From: an uncultured Verrucomicrobiota bacterium
GTDB lineage: Bacteria; Verrucomicrobiota; Kiritimatiellia; RFP12; UBA1067
Assembly: GCA_946543025.1 (NCBI GenBank)
Contig: CAMNLN010000001.1
Coordinates: forward strand, 1-35,336
DNA: 35,336 nucleotides
Reading direction: 5' to 3'
Part shown: piece by piece, positions 1 through 8,746 of the stretch
Position numbering within the stretch: the first letter of the stretch is position 1
How the letters are laid out: each line of letters begins with the position of its first letter
The notes under the pieces: model-generated
The model's database searches: none
What the model saw: the letters and a program-made list of their open reading frames with translations, nothing else
Told to the model about the DNA's origin: nothing
Translations under genes and position numbers: made by a program

Positions 1-761
1 CCGCACAGCACGATCGCGCGACGCTTGAGGAGCCGCGCGAACAGCGCCCGGCGCTTCTCCGCGTCCGCCGGTTTCCCGAAGAGGAACCAGTACGCGCCCC
101 AGCCGTCGTACGGACCGATAGGCGAATGCAACACGAAGAACGTGTGGCGCGCGCCTTCGCTCGCGCCCAGCATCGCATCGATCTTCGCCGCGTCGGGACG
201 CATGAAGTCCACGAAGACGTAGGCGTCCGGACCGTGGGAAAAGAGGAAATTGGCGCTCGTGACGGACTTCCCGATCGCCTTCGCGGCGATGGGCAGGATG
301 TAGGCGTCGAACGCCTTGTCGCCGCCGCCGCGAATGTCGTGGTTGCCGCAGACGGTAAGGAACGGCAGATCGCCGAATCCCTTCGAGCAGGCGGCCTGGG
401 CGTCCTTGAAGAAGCGGAGATGCGTCTCGAAGTCGGAGCAGTCGCCTTGGATGAGGTCGCCCATCTGGAAGAGGTAGGCGGTGTCGGGGCGGCGCGTCTT
501 AGCGGCGGCGGCGATCAGGCGCGGGAGGCGCGTGGCCCACATGTCCTGGTTGCGCTTGAACTCGTTCTGGCGGTCGCGCCAGTCGTTTTGATGGCGCGGT
601 TTCCACTTGCCGTGATAGAGGCTCGTGGGGGCGGAGTCGAAATGCGTGTCGCCGAGGATCGAGATCGAATAGGAGTCGGCGGTCGCGCTGGATCGCCCCG
701 CTCCCGTCCAGGCGGCGCCGAATGCGGCACCGCACGCGATGAAGTCGCGCCGTGTCGTCAT
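1..761 (-). CDS. Tat-exported calcineurin-like metallophosphoesterase (C-terminus runs off the left window edge; absent from the ORF track because no stop lies in the window)
   Basis: Own translation of the minus strand from ATG 759-761: MTTRRDFIACGAAFGAAWTGAG (twin-arginine signal), then ILGDTHFD, QMGDLIQGD, VCGNHD, FFVLHSP = metallophosphoesterase motifs I-IV. ATGA start/stop overlap with the upstream MFS gene at 758-761. Confidence 0.85.
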   Translation of the reverse strand, partial: MTTRRDFIACGAAFGAAWTGAGRSSATADSYSISILGDTHFDSAPTSLYHGKWKPRHQNDWRDRQNEFKRNQDMWATRLPRLIAAAAKTRRPDTAYLFQMGDLIQGDCSDFETHLRFFKDAQAACSKGFGDLPFLTVCGNHDIRGGGDKAFDAYILPIAAKAIGKSVTSANFLFSHGPDAYVFVDFMRPDAAKIDAMLGASEGARHTFFVLHSPIGPYDGWGAYWFLFGKPADAEKRRALFARLLKRRAIVLC

Positions 762-1948
762 TCCCGAACCACCTGCTTTTCGGCAGATGCGCGTCCGGCG
801 AAGAGACCGAGCGCGAGCAGATACGCCAGGCACGCGAGGAGGACGCACACCACGCCGGTCGCCCCCGCCGAGCCCTGCACGATGCCGAGCACGGGCGTCA
901 CGATGCCGCCTCCCACGATCGCCATCACCATCAGCGACGTGATCTCGTTCGCCTTCTCCGGCACCTTGTCGAGCGCAAGGCCCATGCACATCCCGAAGCT
1001 GTTCGCCGTGGCGAGCGCCGCCACGAACACGCACGCGAGGAACACGAACGGCGTTCCCGCGAAAAAGATGCCCGCCGTCGCAAGGATGCCCAGCCCCATG
1101 CACCACGGGAAGCACTTCGCCGCCGACACCTTCGCGAACAGGGCCGCCCCTCCGATCGCCGCCAGCGTCTTCGCCACGAAATAGACCGTCGGGCCCATCC
1201 CCGCCTTGTCGAGCTCCACCTTGTAGACGTTCTTCAGGTACTCGGGAATCGCCACGGCGAATCCCACGTCCGCCCCCACCGAGAAGAGAATTCCCACCGT
1301 CATCGCGAGCACGTACGGATGCTTCAGCATCGCCAGGCAGCTGCCGAAGGAGGTGGTGGCCGCGGACGCGCCGGCGCGCGCCCCCTCCCGCTCGTCGGGA
1401 ATGTCCGTCAGCCACAGCCAGATCGCGGCGACGACCGTAAGCGCGCCGTACAGCGGGAAGAGCAGCTTCCAGTTGCCGAGCGCCGTAGCCGTGAGATAGA
1501 CGAAGACGGGCGTGAGCGCCGCGCAGATGGCCTTGACGAACTGGCCGAGCGAGATGCGGCTCGTCAGCTGGTCAGACGCCACCACGTTGCTCATGAGCGC
1601 GGGGAGCGCCGCCTGGATGATCGTGTTGCCAATGCCGAGGAGCGCGAAGGAAATGAAGTATATCCAGAACCGCTCCGCGTTCGCCGCGAGCGGCAGCAGC
1701 ATCGCGAACACCGTGACCCCCAGCGAGACGAGAACCGTGTTCTTGCGTCCGATCTTCCCGCACAGGACCCCCGTTGGAATGGAAATGAGGAAGAACCAGA
1801 CGAAGATCATCGACGGCAGGAACCCGGCCGTCACGTCGGAAAGCGCGCACTCAGCCTTCACCTGGTTCATCACCGTGCCGATGATGTCGCTGAATCCCAT
1901 CACGAAGAACCCTGCCAGCATCGGCAGAAGCGCTAGACTTCTTTTCAT
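758..1948 (-). CDS. MFS sugar transporter, fucose/glucose-galactose (FHS)-like
   Basis: 396-aa hydrophobic ORF. N-terminus MKRSLALLPMLAGFFVMGFSDIIGTVMNQVK and GKIGRKNTVLVSLG loop resemble FHS-family MFS sugar:H+ symporters. AGGA Shine-Dalgarno about 6 nt before the ATG at 1946-1948. Confidence 0.85.
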   Translation of the reverse strand: MKRSLALLPMLAGFFVMGFSDIIGTVMNQVKAECALSDVTAGFLPSMIFVWFFLISIPTGVLCGKIGRKNTVLVSLGVTVFAMLLPLAANAERFWIYFISFALLGIGNTIIQAALPALMSNVVASDQLTSRISLGQFVKAICAALTPVFVYLTATALGNWKLLFPLYGALTVVAAIWLWLTDIPDEREGARAGASAATTSFGSCLAMLKHPYVLAMTVGILFSVGADVGFAVAIPEYLKNVYKVELDKAGMGPTVYFVAKTLAAIGGAALFAKVSAAKCFPWCMGLGILATAGIFFAGTPFVFLACVFVAALATANSFGMCMGLALDKVPEKANEITSLMVMAIVGGGIVTPVLGIVQGSAGATGVVCVLLACLAYLLALGLFAGRASAEKQVVRE

Positions 1949-1995
1949 GAATTTTCCTTTAATTGCCTAATCGCGTAAAGCATGTAGATGCGGAA

Positions 1996-4900
1996 TTATC
2001 TGACGATGACTTGCGTGCCGTTATGATAGACGCGTACCGTCACAGCCTCGGACGCGGTGTAGTTCGCGTCGTCCGCGTACGCGACCACGCGATAGACCGC
2101 ATCTTCCGGCACACCGGTCGGCACATCGATCCAAGCGGACGTCGCGCCCGGCACAGGACGCCCATTGCGGAACCACTGGTAGCGCGTCGCGCCCGGCGCG
2201 AAGGCGTGGAGCGAAAGCGCTCCGCCCTTTCGGACGATCCCGGATACCGGTTGTTCCGTAAACACGGGGCCGTTGCCCTTCGACGCCACCGCAGGGCGCA
2301 CGAACACGTACAGGTCGCTCGTCGTGAAGCTCGCGCCGTTCGCGGCCGTCGTCCAGTCCTTCTCTGCGTCCGCCTGCTCGCTGCGGTTGCCGATGCCGAG
2401 CGAGGCATAGCGCAACGTCGTCGGTCCCGCGGACGCTCCCGTACGGGATACGGAGAGAATCACCTGGCTTTGCTGGTAGTTGTGTACCTGCAGGCAGCCG
2501 TAGCCCGGCTTGGTGGTGAAGGTCCACGAGTCGCCCCAGTCATAGACGTTGTTGCCGTCGGGGTTGGCATTGGGAATCCCCTTGGAATTTGCCTGACTGA
2601 AGTCGTGCCAGCAGAACTCGATGTTGCCGTCCGGGAAGTCGCCCGGCGTCACATGGAGAGTGCCGTCCGACCGGTAGGCGCGCACGGAGAGGTTCGTCAC
2701 GTACTCCTGGAAGTCGTTGACGCGGCGCTTCGTCGGCAAGCCGATCTTCGAGAGATCGTCCGTGAAGGCGTCCATCGACGCCCACGCCCATTGCTCCAGG
2801 CCGTCCGTGCCGACGAGGTGCAGCAAATAGGCCACACGGTCGAAGGCCATGTTTCCGAAGCGCGACTCGTCCACCGCATACGGCGCGTCCGTCCACGTGT
2901 AGCTGAACGTCGTGTGCGGGATATGCAGCAAGTTCACGAGCGTGTAGTCGCCCGCTTCCGGCACGGCCTCCGCCGTGAGGAACGCGGGAAGCGGGTCGGC
3001 GGCGGCGGTCGTGAAGGACGTGCTCGCCGTCTTCGCCTCGCCGCCGGACGTGTAGGCGCACTGGAGCGTGTAGCTCGTGGAGGCGGCGAGCGGCTCGGCG
3101 AGCGTCAGCACCACCTCGCGCGGATCGACCGGGGACGCGACGACGTTGGCCACGGCCGCGTTGCCCGACGTGAACGTCCATGCCGAAGGATCGCGCAGTT
3201 GCGGCGGCACGGTCTCGTCGAACGCCACGCTCACCTTCGTCCGGTCCAGGCTCGCGACGGCGTGGAAGATCGCGGACGGCGTCGTCTCGAACGCCACGAA
3301 CACGTAGAGGCGGCGCACGGCGTACTGGGGGGCCTTGCCGGTCTGCGTCCAGTCCTGGTTGGCCGCCGTCGAGTAGTTGCCGATGCCGATGTCCGTGTTG
3401 CCGTCGGAGTGGCGGAGCCGGCTGATGGAGATCAGCGTCTGCGCCTCGTTGTAGTTGTGGATCTGCAGGCAGCTGTAGCCGGCGGCCGTCTCGGAACTCG
3501 GCAAGTCGTCGAAGTCGTACCGGCCCGTGTTCGCGCCGATGTTGAGGCTGTTGCCCTTGCCGTACGACGAGAAGAAGAACTCGATGTTGCCGTCCGCGTA
3601 CCGGCCCTGCTTCACGCCGCTCACGTTGGAGGCGACGTCGAGGTTCGAGACGAACCGCTTGATGTTGCCGTTCGTGGCGAAGGAGTAGGAGGCGAGATCG
3701 TCCGTGAAGCCGTCGAACGCCGCCCAGCACCAGGTCGTCGTGGGCGTGGCGTTGGTCGTCGTCAGCTCCAGGTAGTATCCCACGCGCGCGACGTGCCGGC
3801 CGGCGTAGCGCGCGCGGTTGTCGACCGTATGCGCGGCCGCGTACTGCGCCGCGTTGTGGCTGTTGAACGGCGTGGGCACGTCGATCTGGTAGAGGAGCGT
3901 GTAGTCCTTCGCCTGCGGCACGTTCGCGGCCACGTGCGCGGGCACGTCCGGCTTCGGGCGTACGAGGACGTGGAGCCTCATGCTGGAGAAGTTGTCGGCG
4001 TTGTCGTATGCCTGTGTCCAGTCCGGGTTGATCGCGCCGGTCGCAGTGCGGTTCGCGCGGTACTGCGTGTTGTTGCCGATGCCGGCGCCGACCGGCTGGC
4101 CTGTGTTGCTGCCGTTGAAGTTGCTGATGCCGAAGATCGTCTGCCGGTTCGTCACGTTGTGCACCTGCATGCAGGCGTGCCACGTGGTCGCGCCGCCCGA
4201 CAAGCTGTCGCCCCAGTCGCAGGTGCCCGCCGCGTACGGGATGTGGTTGTCGTTCGCGCCGCCGTAGTTGTGCGGCCAGAACTCGAGGAATCCGCCGTCC
4301 ATCCCCGTGCCGTTCACGATGCCGTCCACGTTTGAGAACACGTCCTGGTTCGTCACCCACTTCTGCCCGAAGCCGATGCTGTCGTTCACCGGCACGCCGA
4401 ACTTCGAGAGGTCGTCCGTCCAGGCGTCGAACGAGACCCACACGAAGTTCGTCCCCGTCCCGTCCTTCTTCACCTGCTCGAAGTAGTACGCCACGCGCTC
4501 GGCGCCGTCCGGCAGGCTCCGCGTCGCGTCCATGTAGTACGGCACGCGGCTGCGCCAGTTCACGCCCTTCGTAACCGGCACGTTCAGGGAGTAGAGCGGC
4601 ACGTAGCCCGCGCGGAGCTCCGCCGGCACATGCTCGGCGACGCCCGCGGGAAGCGGACGCGCGAGCGTCAGGGTGGCGCCTGCCGCCATCGGCGTGGCGC
4701 CGTTCGCCGCCGCCTTCACGCGCGCGCCGTCCACCGTCAGATTGAAGTTGTCCGACGCCACGGCCGCCACATGGACGTGGACGAGCGAGAAGTCGACGCC
4801 GTCGCGCTCGACGGAAGTCACGTAGCCGGACGAGACGGAGAACGCCGCATCGAGGCCGTCCAGCAGCACGTCCACCGAGAACTTCACGTCCACCACCGTC

Positions 4901-6678
4901 CCGTCGTTCCCCAATGTCGGCGTGGCCGAGACGATCTCCGGCGCGGCCGTGGCGGAAGTTTCCGGCAGCACGTACACCTGGAGGTGTCGCAGGGAATACT
5001 GCCCCGCGTTGTACGTCTGGGTCCAGTCCCAGCCCTTGTTGTTCGCGTTGTAGTGCGGCCCGATGCCCAGCTCGGTCGCGTCGTTCTTTTGGAACCTGTT
5101 GTAGGTGAAAATGCAGCTGTTCGTGGTGCGGGCCGTATCGTGCACCTGCATCGAGCCGTATTCTCCGCTCGTCGGCTTGTCGTCCATGTCGTACACGGCG
5201 AGCGCCCCTTCAAGGCCGCGCGTGACAGTCCCCTCGAAGCTCACCGGCCAGAACTCGATGTTGCCGACGGCGATCGTCTCGTTCGTGCGGATGTTCGGCA
5301 CGTTGCTCCACACGCGCAGGTTCGTCACGTCCTTCTGGAACTGCCAGGCCACCGGTACGCCCACGCGCGCGGCGTCGTTCGTGAACGCGTCCATCGACAC
5401 CCACACGTACTGCATCGGTTCGCCCGCCTTCTGCAGCTCCATGTAGTAGGCCACGCGGCTGAACGCGCCGATCTTCGCCGCGTCGTCCACGGTGTAGGGC
5501 ACGGGAACCCTCCCGAAGTTGCCCTTGGCCGGGATGTCGAGGTCGTAGATGAGGCGGTAGCTGTTGAACTCCTCCGGCGGCACGTAGCGGTACGCGCCCT
5601 GCGGAAACACGCCGGGGATCGTCAGCGTCGCGTCGGCGTAAAGCGCCTTGCCGCCCGTCGCGTTGCGCACGCCGCCCTGCTTCGCCGTCACCGTGACGGG
5701 CGTGTAGTACTCGCCGGACGGGAACACGAGCATGGCCGTGCGCTGGTCGGCGGAGAGCGTGATGGTCGGCACGGCTTCCGTCCCCGACACGGTCCAGTTC
5801 GCCGCGTCGCAGGCCGTCGTGGCCGTGACCTTCTGGTTAAACGTGAAGTTGATCGCAAACGCGTCTTCGCCCACAGTTTCCGTCGTCGTCTGCACCACGG
5901 CAAGGTCGTTTTCCGTCGCGAAGTTCGCGGGGTCGGGGACGATGCTCGTGACGGCGCTCACCCAGGCGTTCGCCATGTTCGTGTAGCCCACGTCGTTGGG
6001 ATGGACTGTGTCGGCGATCTGGTCCCAGTCCGACACGGCGGCATGCATGTCGAGGAAATACGCGCCCTGCCCCTTTGCCTGCTGGCCGGCGACGATGCCG
6101 GGGATGGCGGGGTTGAACGCGTTCGTGATCGCGGCGTACTTCCAGTTGTCCTCCGTGTCGCCCGCATTTGTGTAGCGCCGCATGAGCGTGGTCACAACCA
6201 CCTTGGCGGATGGCTGGCATTCGTGGATGCGGTCGAGGAGACGCACAAGGCGGTTCGTCGCTTGGCCGCGGAACGTCGGCTCCCCATCGCCTAGGTCGTT
6301 CGTGCCGATGTGGAGGAGGATCACGTGCGGGTCGTCGATTTGCGCGAAGAAGCTCTGGATGTTCTCGTAGATGCCCTGGGTGGCGTTCGAGATCTTCCAG
6401 CTGCTGTGGCCTTCGTGGTCGCTGTCGGCGAGGAAGGGATCCTCCTTGCCGTAGTTGTCCGTCTGCGTGCCCACGTAGTCCACGTTGTAGCCGAGGTTCG
6501 TGAGCGCCACGTAGAGCGGCGCACGATAGCCGTTGCCGCGTACGGACTGCGAGCCGTGCGTAATCGAGTCACCGAGCGGCATGATGCGTAGCACGGGGTT
6601 GTCCGCCGCCGCGCCAAAGGCCAAGCTTGTCGCCAGCGCGACGATTCCCGCGGCTGCCACACGCACAATCTGTCTCAT
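1996..6678 (-). CDS. Giant secreted multidomain SGNH/GDSL esterase: signal peptide, SGNH, Ig-like spacers, 4 x unassigned module, C-terminal Ig-like domain
   Basis: 1560-aa ORF with AAGGAG SD 7 nt upstream. Signal peptide MRQIVRVAAAGIVALATSLAFGAAA. aa 28-245 carry the SGNH blocks MPLGDSITHG, GHSSW, LHIGTNDL, DTVHPND. Ig-like spacers at about aa 250-360, 575-675, 1133-1225. C-terminal Ig-like domain aa 1470-1552 (RYQWFRNG). Confidence 0.92.
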   Translation of the reverse strand: MRQIVRVAAAGIVALATSLAFGAAADNPVLRIMPLGDSITHGSQSVRGNGYRAPLYVALTNLGYNVDYVGTQTDNYGKEDPFLADSDHEGHSSWKISNATQGIYENIQSFFAQIDDPHVILLHIGTNDLGDGEPTFRGQATNRLVRLLDRIHECQPSAKVVVTTLMRRYTNAGDTEDNWKYAAITNAFNPAIPGIVAGQQAKGQGAYFLDMHAAVSDWDQIADTVHPNDVGYTNMANAWVSAVTSIVPDPANFATENDLAVVQTTTETVGEDAFAINFTFNQKVTATTACDAANWTVSGTEAVPTITLSADQRTAMLVFPSGEYYTPVTVTAKQGGVRNATGGKALYADATLTIPGVFPQGAYRYVPPEEFNSYRLIYDLDIPAKGNFGRVPVPYTVDDAAKIGAFSRVAYYMELQKAGEPMQYVWVSMDAFTNDAARVGVPVAWQFQKDVTNLRVWSNVPNIRTNETIAVGNIEFWPVSFEGTVTRGLEGALAVYDMDDKPTSGEYGSMQVHDTARTTNSCIFTYNRFQKNDATELGIGPHYNANNKGWDWTQTYNAGQYSLRHLQVYVLPETSATAAPEIVSATPTLGNDGTVVDVKFSVDVLLDGLDAAFSVSSGYVTSVERDGVDFSLVHVHVAAVASDNFNLTVDGARVKAAANGATPMAAGATLTLARPLPAGVAEHVPAELRAGYVPLYSLNVPVTKGVNWRSRVPYYMDATRSLPDGAERVAYYFEQVKKDGTGTNFVWVSFDAWTDDLSKFGVPVNDSIGFGQKWVTNQDVFSNVDGIVNGTGMDGGFLEFWPHNYGGANDNHIPYAAGTCDWGDSLSGGATTWHACMQVHNVTNRQTIFGISNFNGSNTGQPVGAGIGNNTQYRANRTATGAINPDWTQAYDNADNFSSMRLHVLVRPKPDVPAHVAANVPQAKDYTLLYQIDVPTPFNSHNAAQYAAAHTVDNRARYAGRHVARVGYYLELTTTNATPTTTWCWAAFDGFTDDLASYSFATNGNIKRFVSNLDVASNVSGVKQGRYADGNIEFFFSSYGKGNSLNIGANTGRYDFDDLPSSETAAGYSCLQIHNYNEAQTLISISRLRHSDGNTDIGIGNYSTAANQDWTQTGKAPQYAVRRLYVFVAFETTPSAIFHAVASLDRTKVSVAFDETVPPQLRDPSAWTFTSGNAAVANVVASPVDPREVVLTLAEPLAASTSYTLQCAYTSGGEAKTASTSFTTAAADPLPAFLTAEAVPEAGDYTLVNLLHIPHTTFSYTWTDAPYAVDESRFGNMAFDRVAYLLHLVGTDGLEQWAWASMDAFTDDLSKIGLPTKRRVNDFQEYVTNLSVRAYRSDGTLHVTPGDFPDGNIEFCWHDFSQANSKGIPNANPDGNNVYDWGDSWTFTTKPGYGCLQVHNYQQSQVILSVSRTGASAGPTTLRYASLGIGNRSEQADAEKDWTTAANGASFTTSDLYVFVRPAVASKGNGPVFTEQPVSGIVRKGGALSLHAFAPGATRYQWFRNGRPVPGATSAWIDVPTGVPEDAVYRVVAYADDANYTASEAVTVRVYHNGTQVIVR
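2293..5592 (-). repeat. Four protein-level copies of an unassigned ~210-225-aa module inside the SGNH gene (approx nt 4966-5592, 3955-4632, 3289-3924, 2293-2967)
   Basis: Each copy shares YxL[IVL]Y/NxLx[IV]P, RV[AG]Y[YL][MFL]E/H[LQ], W[VCA]W[VA]S[MF]DA[FW]T[ND]D, G[NF][IL]EF[WFC], [YH][GSA][SC][ML]Q[VI]H[ND], GIG[NP], and a terminal LxV[YLF]V strand. The DNA copies are diverged, not recent duplicates. Confidence 0.8.
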
Positions 6679-6739
6679 GTCTTTGCTCCTTCTTCCTTCA
6701 ACCTACAATGTCTAGGCGAACACATTTTGACTTGGCAAC

Positions 6740-6768
6740 AACATACCACATCCTCGTATTTTTCGCAA
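6740..6768 (-). promoter_or_regulatory. Sigma70-type promoter for the SGNH-MFS-phosphoesterase unit
   Basis: Minus strand reads TTGCGA (6763-6768), a 17-nt spacer ending TGg, then TATGTT (6740-6745). This predicts a leader of about 55 nt before ATG 6678. Confidence 0.5.
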
Positions 6769-6812
6769 GAACGCCGTGCCGACAGGCGAAATCCCCGCAC
6801 ATCGCGGATTTG

Positions 6813-6821
6813 TGGTAAACT
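6813..6821 (+). promoter_or_regulatory. Extended -10 element upstream of the small C3H-repeat gene
   Basis: TGgTAAACT at 6813-6821. There is no good -35. ATG lies 44 nt downstream. Confidence 0.3.
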
Positions 6822-6864
6822 AGGCGCGGGTTGCCCGCGAAAGGATGCCCGAAAGGAACACGAC

Positions 6865-7287
6865 ATGAAGAAACTGACGATCACGTTCGCCGCCGGCCTG
6901 ATGGCCGCCATGGCCTTCGCCGCGCAGTGCGCGGGTACGAACCAGGACGGCAATCGCTGCAAGCGCGACGCCGCCGAAGGCAGCAAGTACTGCATCGGCC
7001 ATGCCCACCAGGCGAAGCCGTCCGCACAGTCCAAGGAGAAGGACGACGGACACTGCTGGGCCGTCACCGCGGCCGGTACGCGCTGCAAGCACAAGAAAGT
7101 CGGCGAAACCGACTATTGCGCCCAGCACGCCGCCGACAAGAAGCCCGCCAAGCCCGTGGACCAGTGCTGCGCCATGACCTGGGAAGGTACGCGCTGCACG
7201 CGCAAGCCGGACGAAGGCTACCGCTACTGCTCGCAGCACCGCAAGTCGGCCGCCGCAGACAAAAAGCCCGCCCCCGCGAAAAAGTAG
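6865..7287 (+). CDS. Small basic signal-peptide protein with three tandem C-x9-C-x10-C-x2-H (WRC-like C3H) repeats
   Basis: ATG 6865 preceded by AAGGAA 7 nt upstream; the track start at 6727 is an upstream extension. MKKLTITFAAGLMAAMAFAA signal. Repeats are CAGTNQDGNRCKRDAAEGSKYCIGH (6928-7002), CWAVTAAGTRCKHKKVGETDYCAQH (7054-7128) and CCAMTWEGTRCTRKPDEGYRYCSQH (7165-7239), separated by K/P/A-rich linkers. Confidence 0.75.
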   Translation: MKKLTITFAAGLMAAMAFAAQCAGTNQDGNRCKRDAAEGSKYCIGHAHQAKPSAQSKEKDDGHCWAVTAAGTRCKHKKVGETDYCAQHAADKKPAKPVDQCCAMTWEGTRCTRKPDEGYRYCSQHRKSAAADKKPAPAKK

Positions 7288-7321
7288 CCCCCGCGTTGCC
7301 CTTGCGATCGGCGCGCGCCTG

Positions 7322-8731
7322 TCACGCCTGTCCGGCCGCCTGGCACGCGGCAGCCTTGCCCACGGCCTCGCCGATCGCCACGGAGCTTCCCGTCACGCGA
7401 TAGCTCGCGTGCGCGTAGAAGTCGCCCGAAATGCAGCGCCCCGCCATGTACAGGTTGTCCGCATCCTTCGCGCGGCAGGCCCGCAGGGGGATTTGGAACG
7501 GGCGGAACCTGACGCCGAAATTCTGTCCGGCGGCACGTATGTCGTTCGCTTTCTTGTCGAGGCCGTGGATGTCGATGCCGAAGTAGGACGTCGTCACGGC
7601 GTCAGGGAATGTCGCTCCCGCCGTCACGTCGTCGCGCGTCACCGTGTAGCGGCCGTGCAGGCGCCGCGAATCGCGCTGGCCGATTTGCTCGGCGGTCGCC
7701 GCCACGCGAAACCCTTTCCACGGCCCGCCTAGCCGCGCCAGCCCGGCAGCGAGGGCCAGCACCTCCTTGCGTGCGCGCAGTGTCGCGTCCGAGACGGCCT
7801 GTGCATCGTCCACGCGCAGCTTGTACTCGTGGTTCGCCATGAAGCAGAACAGGTTGCGGTGGAAGCGGAAAAGCGTCGGATCGCCGTAGCTCGGCTCCAG
7901 CCCGGCGCGACGCAGCTCGGCCTTGAGCCTGTGGCTGGCGACGATGTGATGGCATGTCGGCTTTCCCGTCTCAGGGTTGTCGAGGAAGGTCCACATCGCC
8001 GGCTCGTTCGAGACGAACCCGCCGCGCGCCACGGCGTCGCCGTCATCCACCACCACCAGCGCGTTCAGCGTGGCAGGCTGCCCCCAGCCCTCCGGGCCGA
8101 ATCCCATGTCGAATCCGCAGCCAGCGCGCGCTCCCAAGTCGCCGTCGCCCGTACAGTCCACGAACGTCTTCGCCCGCCAGGCCTGCCGCCCGCTCTTCGA
8201 CTCGGTGACGACCGTCTCGACGTTCCGCCCCGACGCATCCCGATACGCCGCCGTCACCGGGCTCTGCAACGTCACGCGCACCCCGGCCTCTGCGCACATG
8301 TCCTCGCAGACGGCCTTCATGTACTCGGGTTCGTAGACCCAGTCCTTGTCGAGGCCACGCTTGTAGTAGCGCATCCCCTCCTCGCCGGGCCTGTCCACCA
8401 CGCGTGCGCCGTAGGCGTCCAGGCGACGGATAATCTCCCAGCCGGTCTCGGACTTGTTGAAGTCGAAGATGTACGTGAGCAACCCAGCCGTCCAGACGCC
8501 GCCCAGACAGCCCTGCAACTCCAAGATCCGCACCTTCGCGCCGGCGCGAGCGGCCGCGACAGCGGCGGCGACGCCCGCCGGTCCGCCGCCGGCGACAATG
8601 ACGTCCGCCCAGTCGTCAACGGGCAGATCGCGCGCCGGCTCGACGAACTTGCCGCCGTCCGCGACAGTACGCCCGGCGGCGACCGCACCCGTTGCCACGG
8701 CACCCCCGAAAAATCCTCGTCGCGTCAACAT
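7322..8731 (-). CDS. Tat-exported FAD-dependent oxidoreductase (FAD_oxidored / PF12831-like)
   Basis: MLTRRGFFGGAVATGAVAAG twin-arginine signal. Dinucleotide-binding motif DVIVAGGGPAGVAAAVAAARAGAKVRILE. 469 aa. Confidence 0.85.
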   Translation of the reverse strand: MLTRRGFFGGAVATGAVAAGRTVADGGKFVEPARDLPVDDWADVIVAGGGPAGVAAAVAAARAGAKVRILELQGCLGGVWTAGLLTYIFDFNKSETGWEIIRRLDAYGARVVDRPGEEGMRYYKRGLDKDWVYEPEYMKAVCEDMCAEAGVRVTLQSPVTAAYRDASGRNVETVVTESKSGRQAWRAKTFVDCTGDGDLGARAGCGFDMGFGPEGWGQPATLNALVVVDDGDAVARGGFVSNEPAMWTFLDNPETGKPTCHHIVASHRLKAELRRAGLEPSYGDPTLFRFHRNLFCFMANHEYKLRVDDAQAVSDATLRARKEVLALAAGLARLGGPWKGFRVAATAEQIGQRDSRRLHGRYTVTRDDVTAGATFPDAVTTSYFGIDIHGLDKKANDIRAAGQNFGVRFRPFQIPLRACRAKDADNLYMAGRCISGDFYAHASYRVTGSSVAIGEAVGKAAACQAAGQA

Positions 8732-8746
8732 GCCGTCTTGCCCGTT

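Noticed and set aside
126-1936. Plus-strand ORFs 126..1184 (352 aa) and 752..1936 (394 aa)
   Set aside because: They are antisense to the metallophosphoesterase and MFS genes. The products are Arg/His/Ala-rich with no motifs. Such ORFs are the typical stop-codon-poor antisense frames of GC-rich DNA.
1963-6294. ORFs 1963..4335 (+, 790 aa), 4630..6294 (+, 554 aa) and 2540..4441 (-, 633 aa)
   Set aside because: All lie inside the 1560-aa SGNH gene in other frames or on the other strand. Their composition is extreme in Arg/Val/Gly/Asp, with no SD and no recognisable domains, whereas the chosen frame shows clear domain signatures throughout.
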